The position numbers and the translations under genes were made by a program. From Fimbriosthenelais zetlandica (lineage: Eukaryota), in the NCBI GenBank assembly GCA_977030845.1, contig OZ365112.1, positions 12,772,001 to 12,836,000 on the forward strand: a stretch of 64,000 bases of DNA, given 5' to 3'. The notes beneath the pieces are model-generated. The model ran no database searches, was not told the DNA's origin, and saw nothing but the letters and a program-made list of their open reading frames with translations. Positions within the stretch are counted from its first letter, which is position 1; the number at the start of each line of letters is the position of its first letter. Below, in pieces: positions 53,244 through 64,000 of this stretch.

Positions 53244-55617
53244 ATGGCGTTGAACACAGCTCATGCGAGCGGGGGTGTCCTCATTTACAGCGGAGAAAGG
53301 TATAGTATCTTTGTTGATTGGACGGTTTCTCCTCAGTAAACTAACATTTGTAATCCCCTCTGTGTCTATTTTGATTTTGATGATCTATCACGGCTGTAAA
53401 CTCGTAAAACTACCAACAAACTTGATAGATATATCGCTGTTCGCCTAACCTCAGGCTCAGCCTGGCCCAGCCCAAGAAAACAAGAGTGCGTCATTTGATA
53501 AAAGTTCTATTTCAACTTCCTCATGATATTAACAACTTCGCATTGGTTGGTGGTCCCATATGTTATGTATTTTAATGTAATAATAATCGTGTTCTGAACA
53601 ACAGTCAATAGACTAGTCACATGCACACAAACATGGACTTGTCATCACAGTCATGTGACTATTTAATTTTTAGGCTAACTCAGTACCGGTAGGCCTACTG
53701 GTACACATAGTCATTTAAGACGTTTCTTGTTTTGTTCTAGAATACTCATCTTTCATGATGGAGTGGAAATGTCTTTTGACATGGACTGCAACATGCCCCA
53801 CTTCAAGGGTACGAAGAAAGGAAGAATTTACCTTACTACCCACCGGGTAAATATTTTTGTTACGGAGCCTATTTAGGCCTATATAATGTTAATAATAGGC
53901 ATATTTCTCTTAATAATTATTCATTTACCTGCTGGAACCTTATTTTCTCGGAGTTCAACTTCGAGTGCAGGAATAAACATACCGCTCTTACCGGCCAGTG
54001 ACATGAAATATAGAATCAAATAATTCTTGCAATCTTTTGTTTCTAGGTAATATTCAACAGCAAAAGTGACAAGGACACATTGCAGTCTTTCTCTTTGCCT
54101 TTCTACTGTATGCGTAGAGTGGAGCTGGAGCAGCCCATATTTGGAGCTAACTACATCAAGGGTCAAGTCCGGGCGGAGCCAAGTGGTAAGTTTCCCACTT
54201 TGGGTCATAAAATAAATTAATATTTAAGTCAATTTCACTCCAAACCCCATTCATTAATTACCGTACCGGTACCGGTACATAATATTATATTATTAGCTTA
54301 TACTATAAATAAATCAAAATGCATAGATCTTAGAGTAGCCGATGTCCTATAATATTACTTTGTATCTTTGATTTGCAGGGAACTGGGAAGGAGAAGGGAA
54401 ATTTAAACTTGTTTTTAAAGATGGAGGCGCTATTGAGTTCGGCCAGGCAATGTTAAAGGCGGGACAACTTGGTAAGTATTTGTAATTTTTCTCTTTTTGC
54501 TGGTACCTAAAAATACAAATGTATTTCAGTATTGCAAATGTTTGTTGAATATTTTCAGCCACACGAAACATGAGAGAGCAGCCTCCCCCATACACCCCGC
54601 CTACAGGGCCGTACTACCAGGCGCCCCCGCCGGCCTATGCTCCACCTACAGACCCACAGTTTGGATTCCTTCCACTAAATACCTTCCCCAACGCACCTCC
54701 AGGTAATTCAATTAAAACATAAATCTTTAAAGTTTAAATTTCTCTACTGATTTGAAGAATAAAGATAAATTAATTTAGTAATTTATCATTTTAATACTTG
54801 TTCTAAATTAACATTTTTATACTAATTCACAAAATGAAGATCAATATAAACTAAAGAGTAAATTAATTCAATACTTTGTAATTTTAGTACCGTACAGTAT
54901 TGTTACACAGTATTTATTCCATTAGATATTTATTTTATTATTTATTTTTCAGCTAATGGTGTCTTTATGACTGAAGCTCCTCCACCTTATCCAGGAATGA
55001 ACCCTGCCTACCCTCCTCCTCCTCCCCAGCAGAATGTTTACCCTCCTCCAGGGCCAAACTACCCGCCACAGGCTGGTCAGTACCCCCCACCACAATACAA
55101 TGGCTACCCACCACAGTACCCTCCCCAGTACCCCCCTCCTCAGATGAACGGAGCCATGGGTGGAGGACCACCCATGTCTTCTTCAGGTACTCATGATTCT
55201 ACCACTCATAGAGATTCATAACTAAAGGAACTTATGGAAATATTAGGGTAATACTAATAGAAATTGAGAGCTAGTTAAACTGTTGGATTGTCCCTTTTAA
55301 ATTTATATTTGTCTTTTCTTTTTCAATTTTAATACCCATGTGTTTCTGGGTTGGATTTAAAAAAATATTTTTGCGTGTTTTAATTGTTTTGTATTTTATG
55401 AATTTTGTATTCCGATTCGGTCCAAACTGTAAATTTAATTAATTTGTTTTCGTAATTTTCAGATGCTAAAGCTGCGGAGGCAGCCCAGTCGGCCTACTAT
55501 AACCCAGCTAACCCCAGTAATGTCTACATGCCTCAGCAGGACCCATACGCTCCACCAGCCTACAACCCTGGCTATGCTCCCCCTCCTTATTCTGATGTTA
55601 ACAAAAAGGACCAGTAA
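53244..55617 (+). CDS. WBP2: WW domain-binding protein 2, 308 aa. Exons: 53244-53299, 53741-53846, 54047-54185, 54379-54471, 54559-54702, 54953-55186, 55463-55617.
   Basis: N-terminal GRAM-like region ([51 protein letters not shown]), then a Pro/Tyr-rich region and [18 protein letters not shown]. All match human WBP2 motifs, and the splice phases are consistent. Confidence 0.95.
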
Positions 55618-58580
55618 AATAATATGGAGAGGAATCATCTGGAGAAATGTCTAGCATTGTGTATTGACCGACATATTGTTATTCCCTTAGGGACTATTAT
55701 GATTATAATCATGGGCAGGACGAGCTTGAAGAAAGTACTCTGCTGTGTTAATATTTCATAAAACCTTTGTGATTATGGCTCATGTGAATGCCAGCGATTG
55801 TCATAAATAAATTTCAAGTCATATTTAATTGTTCAGTAAAATGGCATTCAATATTTGGCTGAGGTAATATTCGTGAATTCTACGTATACACGTCTATAAT
55901 AGTTGATATCTGTTATAATTATATTGTTTCACGAAATCATGTTGTGTATATATGCATGTATAGCATTTGAGTTGATACCTTGTCTAGGATAGCTCAGACT
56001 AAGAAAATCGTTGATAATTCCACGAGTTACATATTCAAGGAGGGTGAATAGAAACGAGCGGCGACTCTTGATTAATATAGCACATGCTATATATATTACA
56101 TATTGTACTGAACACTATTACGTCATATTGTAAGACTGTAATCCCTCTCTGTATTGTACCGCATTTCTCCACTTTAATCTAGATCGTCTTAACTGGACAA
56201 ATTAAAATTACTACGGTTAATATTCCTGGTTACCGTCAATAATGCAGCCATGATAGCACAAAACATTTACCAAAACATGAATGGTTTATTGAAACGACTT
56301 ATTCCATATGTTAATAAAATATGGTGTTTTTAAGGTGGCCATTTTACCAGCTTAAAAGTAAATTTCTTCTAGATTTGTATCAGATTTCTAGGGCTAATGC
56401 AACCAATGTCGTGTTAAGGGAATTGAACTGTTAATAGTGATGTTAGACTGCGTCTCCTATTATTATGTGATTGTGTAAATATAATGTAATTTATGTATCC
56501 ATCTTAAATATTCATAGTATTATGAACGCAACTTATTCTATCATGATATAACGATCTGTCCTGGGATCTGTAGATTACAAATGTTAATTCTCATGCCTTA
56601 AAATAGATCTTTATTCAGAAGCACTGAATCTGTCTATAACATTTAGTCAATTCAATTCCCATATCTTTTCTCCATTGTAGTAATTGATTTCGTCGAATAA
56701 AAAAATAAAAACGTTAAATGAAAGCATCAGGGAATGTTTTTTTCTTTATTTTGTACAAACTTTTTAACAGCTATGTACATATTTCTCCCATTATAAAATA
56801 TCTAAGGTCTCAGCAGACCAATATGAGCTCAAACTCAGCAATCACGCATATCTCATTCATAATTAATACATGGGTGAAATTATACACAAACTAACCCACG
56901 ACCCAAATAAATATTCATGAACATGTCTAAAGTCAGATGAAATTGTATTCAAAATACATTATAACATTAATACTTCAACATGAACAATTTCTCAAATTTC
57001 AATTGCAAGAAAAAATATGGGTAAAATATATTTGTCTAACTCCTATCATTATTGTACCTGCATCTCAACCACACTTAGTCGCTTATAGATTACAACGAAA
57101 CAGAGACCAAAGAGTGACTTACATTCTAAGTTAATTTCATCATTAATGATGAAACAGACTTAAATTTAGATAAACATGAGTTATTTCGTGCATAAATAGA
57201 ATAATTCATTCTTTCTTACCGTCATCTATTGTACATGATGATCTTGGATCATTTTTTTTTTCATTTTGTTATTAACTGAAGATTGCACACCGACTTGAGT
57301 ATTTTCAATGAGGAGTATTATATTTGCTTCAACAAGTTTGGTTTGAGGGCCTTCATGAAGTGGAGATTCAATATATCTTATATCAACCTAAATCTGAAAA
57401 TACATTAAATATTAACCAGGGAAAGTACAAATCCTATGAAATACATACATGTACATATATAAAATATCCCCTGGCTTTAAAAGCAACCTGAATGTCAATA
57501 TTTAAAAATTTTAGGAACAATAACCACTTATTCATGCTCACATGATTCAAGATAAGAATGAACTACGTCAAGATAAGAATAAACATAACTCCATGAGAAG
57601 AGGGAAGCACCGTTTTTTCATTCAGGCCCTCAGTCGATAACTCCTAAATCAATTTTGATATGTCGCTTTTGTTTAAGTACATTCCATTGGCATGCAATGA
57701 AAATCCATCTAGTTAATGAAAGAGTGTATAACCTAGGATCAGATAAAAAAAATAATAAAATCACACTGACTTGCAATGTCAACTAAGAAGAGTAAAAGAA
57801 ATCTTTGCGAGTAAATAAATTCATCTAGAGACCACCACTTGCATGTTTTGACGTATATATGTCATTGTCAGGTCAATATTACATATAATGACTTATTATT
57901 TACAGTATACACATGGTGCAAACTTACCACACACGTCTACTTTATTTATTTAGAAGATCACAGACGGATTGGACTGAAAAGCCAGGCATTCGTAACTCAT
58001 TTTAGAGGATAGTCTCTACATGATTCCCATCTATACTTTTTGGTAATTTGATCCATTATTTAGTCGCATTTATTGCTTTTTCATTTCGCACAACATTCCC
58101 TCTCATTTACGGAGCAAAATCTGGTAAACGTCAACAGGGAGCTCCTTTTAAGTCTCTTCAACATGTTGCACCGATTTTGGAAACGCATCCAGTCATTTTG
58201 GCTCAGGAAAAGACGGAAGGATCCCAAAGTAAAAATATAATATTAATGCAATAAAAATCCTTGAGGGGGATCCCAGCAGTAGCACGCTGTCCTTCTTTGC
58301 ATAGTTGGTATGACTTACCATTGAAGACATTTCCTATTCAAATACACATTAAGTGATGATTTGTTTTAAGTCTGTCATACTTGAACCCCAGCAGCAGTAA
58401 TTTAGAGAGGATCCAAGTATTCTCTATATAAACAAGGGCATGAATGTCCATTCAAACACTGAAGGCATTGGCTGCCATTTCATGGCTATGGCCCACATGA
58501 TGAGTTGGTCCTCTTCTGCTTCCATATTTCCATGGAATTGTGCATATATGTGTCTCCATGGAAAGTATGAAATACCTGGG

Positions 58581-61500
58581 TTATACAAAGGAGGAGAATC
58601 CAGGGAGGGGTGCTCGGGAGCCGGCCATATTGTTCATGATAACATGACCACCATTCATGGTGACGGCATACTGGCTCTCTGGCTCAGAGTCTGTGTAATT
58701 ATAAGCAGCATGACGTGAGGGTAAGTGATTATTACGGTGCCATGACTGCTGTATGTTACCATTGGTGTAATGGTTGGGGAAAGGTGGTGGTGGTAGCTCC
58801 TTCTCACTCTCAGCTTCGCTCTCACTCGCCTGAAGTTGGAACAGGTATAAAAATCAATTTTAAAACATTCCTTCTTTACGCTTCTTGTAGGCTAATTTTT
58901 GCCTAAGGAATAACAAATTTTAAATGTCATTTTACTGCAAGTCCAAAAACATGATAATCAACAGCAACTTGGAACATGAAACAACAACTGGAATTTGAAC
59001 ATTTGAACTGGAGAACAGATTTCCTTTTCAATTATCATTTACCATCCATGACTATATGAACATGATGTATCCAGTCGAACACTTGGATAAAAGAAAATAT
59101 ATTTGATCACAGGAAACAAAAAAAAATCAATTTAAAAATTCAATGGAGCAGAACTTGGTTTTGAGGATGAACCTCAGTATTTCTATAAGTATAAAGGTAT
59201 TTGCCTGTATATAGGAAGTGACTGGTTTATCCCGGTCATTATCATTGAGAGTTACTCACCTGCGAGTCTGAGGCGGAGGAACTGATCTCTGAAGGCTTCT
59301 CTGTTAAACTACTGCTCTCCTCATCCGGGTATTTAGATTCCTCCCCATCCGAGTAGTTCACACTCCCAGGACTTGGTCGTGGAGGCGACCTGCAGGAAGG
59401 GTAGCATGAGCAAGATTATCAAAGGCCTTATTGGAATCTATGAACTATCAACACACACTTCACAGATATAAGATCAAAGCATTCATTCAATCTTTCTTTA
59501 ATTTGAAATAGCCTGGAGGCATCTAGATACTTTCAGCACAAAAACTTACATATAATTAGATCTGGTATAAGGAGGGAGTGTAGTTTTGGGAGGTCTTCGC
59601 TCAGAGCGCCTCTGTGATCGCCTCATCTCAAAGGTAGGGAAACCTCCATCCTCAGCATTAGAACTGACATTATCTGGTTCTGGCTGCAGGTGTATGGTTG
59701 TCTTCGGGATAGGATCTGTTAAAAGATAATAAGAATATTAAACATTGGATAAATAACTCTATTAATATCACAGACAGACAGGATTATCTTGAAAACAAAT
59801 TATCTTCATTGGTGAAATAGTGAAGTAGTCACCGAATAAAATATTCGGTTTTCAATTGGTTACAAATAGCAATGAAAAATGTAGGCATAATAGATCGATC
59901 TGAACTATATGTAAAAGGAAAAAATATAATTTAAATATAAATGTGATCTAAATATTTCTAAATTTTTAATTCTTAGTAAAAAGCTGGAAGCGGTGGTAAG
60001 GATATGAAGCACTTAAATTTATATCTTATACAGAATAGACAAAAAGTAATTCCTTGATATCTAAGAATTAAACGACCAAATATTAACGTAATTCAACAAT
60101 GGAACAAGAAATTTGAAACGCATATTTTTGGCAAAAGAAAACCCAACTCTGAACAATGATCAGACCTTCGATGTATGTTGGATATTCAATAAAACTCTCC
60201 TCTAGTCCAAAACAGGCACATGGAGCGCTCTTTCGCAATTCAGCAAGTTTGGCTGTGTACATGAGAATATACATATTTGTCAACCATCATTTAAATCACG
60301 ATTATAATCAATAAAATATGTCTTATATGCACAATACAATGTTAGAGTACATAACCATTTATACATTTTGTCAACATATCTCAGCAGAGACCACCACTGG
60401 GTATTAAAACATACACAGTGTAAAATACAGTGGCGTGAAAAGGCAGTATATCAACAAGCATGGTGAACATATGGGGCCTTAATATGTAGGGGATCTGCGG
60501 GGTTGAAGAACTCACGTCTCTCTGACGGTTTATTTTTTGTAATGCATTTACATGCATTTAAATGGCTAGTTTTGTGTGTACTCTCTTAATTTTAAAGTTC
60601 AAAACTTCAATGATAATGATTACGTAATAGACGACCATCCATTTTGGGATTCTTGGATGACCTTTACTTTGAAAACTTGTGAGTACGATAATTTTGACAA
60701 ATGATTAGCCAGAATGACGTGCGTCTTGATGTTGAAAAATATTATATACATAGGTTTGTAGATGAAGTGAGTGTATGTGTGAAGGAGGATGGAGAGAGGA
60801 GGAGAGTGAAAACCTATCAGACCTTTTGAGGCAGTCATCGCCGAGGCGCACACAGAACAAATTAGATCGCCTGTCAAAGACAGCCGAGAAATCCCATGAA
60901 AAAGTCGAAAAAACTCTCGTGTGGGTCTCCAAATAAAACCACGGTAATAAAGGGAAACAATGTACAATGTCTGCTACCAGGTGGGGATGGCTCAAACAAA
61001 ATCCAAGGGGATAGAGGAGATGGGAAATGATAAATCATATCTGATGATCATATTGAAATTATGTATTTCCCTCAGAAAGAATACAGATTATAATATGAGA
61101 AAGTGTCCCTCAGTTAAAGCTAACTATAGCACGGAATTCCACATATTTCACAAACAATATTGATGTATGTAAGAGAATAGTTATGCCTTGACATGTGTAG
61201 CAGGTGGCTTAAAACGTACATCACTTCAGTACAGAAAAGTGAATCATAAACCTGGAGATGATATAGCAATTTTCAAACCCAATAAGCGGATGATCCCACC
61301 CTTGGACTTAATGCTAAATTGATTATGTTAAAATTGGATTGCCCTTAAAAATATATAAAAACTGTTCAAAGCTCGTGTAATTTGCCCTGGCCTTAATAAA
61401 AAAATCTTCCATCAAAGGCACACAAATTAGGATGTGCAGCATGAAAAAAATCACACTTAGCAAAACACCAGGACAATACACGTCTAATCGGTGACAAACC

Positions 61501-63583
61501 TCCTTTCTGTGAAAGTACTTTCCAAAACTTCATGCCAGCTTTGATAGAATGTAATTTCTTTTCAGGTACGGCTGAGTGCAATATATCAAAAAAGGACATC
61601 AGTCAAAGTATAAAACGATCAAGTGTGAGGGCAGTACAAAATGCGATAAAGCTGTCATTTCATAATTTTGATGGGACCACCTTTTTACGAAACAATTACA
61701 CATTTCCTGAAAGCAGCTACTCAAATCAAACACCACAGGATGCCTCCATTCTCTCCCATTTTCTTCATGTGAAAATAGTGTAAGACCCAGTTTGTATGTA
61801 CATGGTTAACAAAAGTTAATTTTCCTTTGAGTTCCAAGTCCACATGCCACCATGAAATGACTGACAAAACTAGAGTTAAAAAAGGAAGCACCCAGGAAAT
61901 GGTGGAAGGAGTTAATGACTTACTAGTAGGGTGGGGGAGAGAGCCTGATACTGTGTCGATCTGCTTGTCTTTATAGGTAAAAATGAGCAGTGGACTAAGT
62001 TCAGAAAATGAGCAATGGACCATTTTTAATTTTAATTTTCCAATGAATAAGAATAAAAATTTATCTCCTTGAAGCAAAGACACAAAGGAAGAACAGAGTA
62101 TTAAGAGTACATGTAGTAATGCTCATTTCCTAAAGGACAACTGATAGCGCCTCTATGATTAGTAACATGCCGGATGAATTAGCAGTATTTCAGACACTAA
62201 AACACGCCCTAAATAAGTAACTTTCAAATATCCTTCAGTATCTTTCAGCCTTCCGCGGTATATGGTCTTTCATCTAACTGTTCAAAGTGATATACCTATC
62301 TACCATTTATTTCACTATCAATTTCTGAGATCAAGTGGTGATAAAGTTCCCTTACCTTTGTATTTATTTTTGCCTTTGCGGCCGGTGAGACAGAGCAAGG
62401 AGATGACAATAATGATGAAGATAACACCAGTTAAAGCTACGATGATGAGGAACCACCACTGCTGGTAGAACGGCTTCTGCTCTATTTCTGTAAAGAAACA
62501 AGAATATTATAAGATAAATGAGATAAAAACTGACTTCACAAAAAAACTTTGCAAGGATCTCATTATTTATTTCATATTGACACTGGCTGGCCTTTGATAT
62601 CCCAGTTAGCAGCACTGGGAGGACAATACAACAGGCATTTTACATTGTGTAATATTATATGTTGAGACTTACTGAGTGTCTTGAAGTGCCGGGAGGGAAG
62701 GCTAGGAGCACTAATGCCCACATTATTGAGAGCTATCACTCTAAACTGATACTCTGAGTTAGGTTTAAGGTTGAGTAGACTAATAACGGCTTCAGGTTCA
62801 GGCGAGGTCTTCCTCATACTCGTGTCCCACTTGGACTCTATAAAGAGACATTGTAGAACATTTTAAAGTCAAAAAGAAGAGCCAAAAAGAAGTAAAGAAA
62901 GACATGTTAACTATTGTTTATAACAAAAGTTCAAAAGTTTTAGAAAATATAAGTGATAAATATAAAATATCATTTTTCAAGAGATACCCACCTCCCCTCT
63001 CCATGGCTTGAATAATGTAACCAATGATAGGCGAGTCTCCTTCCTCGCTATTCTCCCATTCTATAGTTACTGATGTTGGTCCTTCCATTACACTAGGTCT
63101 GCTCGGCCTCTCTGGGGATCCTGTAAAATAAAGATTGAGAGATTGATTTCAAAATATGGCTTCAAATACTGCTATGCTTCTACTAAGTTTTGATGGTAGT
63201 CAACAAGATTGATGTCCCACGAAGTGTATTCAAATTTGGTAGATTTTAAAATTTAAAATTGATGAAATTTCGGGTACATCACATCAATATCGCAATAAGA
63301 TTTGGCAAGTAACAAGTAAGATCTTACAGAATACAGATTAAGTAAATAAGTTAATAATTTGAGTTAATAATTGCATCATTGACTTGCTTCAGTTAGAATA
63401 GTAATAGAACAAAACCTGTACCTTTCTGAGGGCCGGTAGTTATGTTACCAAAGCGAGATGGGCCCCATCCCACACTGGTCTGAGCTCTCACACTGAAGAT
63501 GTACTTGACGTTCTCATTAAGTTCTTTAGCCTCATAATAATGACGATCACCGGAAAGTTTAACTTGTACGCTCCTACTCTCAC
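58581..63583 (-). CDS. SDK: Sidekick cell-adhesion receptor, 5'-partial. Exons: 63583-63422, 63120-62992, 62837-62673, 62487-62356, 59715-59550, 59389-59260, 58829-58581.
   Basis: Fibronectin type III repeats ([15 protein letters not shown]; [20 protein letters not shown]), juxtamembrane/TM segment [16 protein letters not shown], cytoplasmic [14 protein letters not shown], and C-terminal [11 protein letters not shown]. The last is the Sidekick PDZ-binding end. All intron phases match. Confidence 0.95.
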
Positions 63584-64000
63584 CTATACATGGAATGAAC
63601 GAATGTTAGATCACTCTCAATATCAGTGAGACATTTAGAATTCCTTAACTAAATAACAAAAAAGATTGCCTCAAACCAAAACCAAAATCCAAACCAAAAC
63701 AAGCATCTTATCATGCACCCAATATTTACTAATCCTAATAGAAATAAACATAATAAACCACAATGAAGACAACAATCACTATTTACTGTTCAATCACAAA
63801 AAAGAATTCTGGAAAACATTATCTTACTCCTATGAGTTTCATGATTTTAAAAATATTTTCCAAGGAAAATCTGGAGATGATCATGCAGGAAATTATCACT
63901 GCAGTTATTGATAAAGACAAGGCATCTAAAATGCACGTCAATATTCGGCAAGAAAAGTTGTTCATCACAAATTTGAAAAAGATTTACCAAAATATCAAAC

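Noticed and set aside
1-64000. CRISPR arrays, operons, rRNA, intact transposase or reverse transcriptase genes
   Set aside because: None seen. The sequence is intron-rich animal DNA, and the only long reading frames belong to the host genes and the candidate cassette exon.

Overview
Eukaryotic (metazoan) genomic DNA with spliceosomal GT-AG introns. It is probably from an invertebrate deuterostome such as an echinoderm; this is an inference from protein style and repeats. Five genes were assembled by hand with consistent intron phases. (1) A BMP3/GDF10-type TGF-beta ligand on the minus strand, with two exons in the window and the last exon off the left edge. (2) An unnamed 527-aa coiled-coil protein gene on the minus strand, with 12 coding exons. 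(3) CFAP299/C4orf22 on the plus strand, head-to-head with gene 2. (4) WBP2 on the plus strand. (5) The 3' end of Sidekick on the minus strand, ending in the GFSSFV motif. Non-genic highlights: a TTAA-flanked piggyBac-type MITE carrying two consensus RFX X-boxes, and a 4.2-kb palindromic and duplicated repeat complex between CFAP299 and WBP2. That complex holds four 70-nt tRNA-like Pol III cassettes, three of them downstream of G-run (G-quadruplex-like) tracts. The BMP3-CFAP299 and WBP2-SDK linkages recall human 4q21 and 17q25.1. No CRISPR, prokaryotic or intact transposase features were seen. Most ORF-track entries are antisense or intronic noise.
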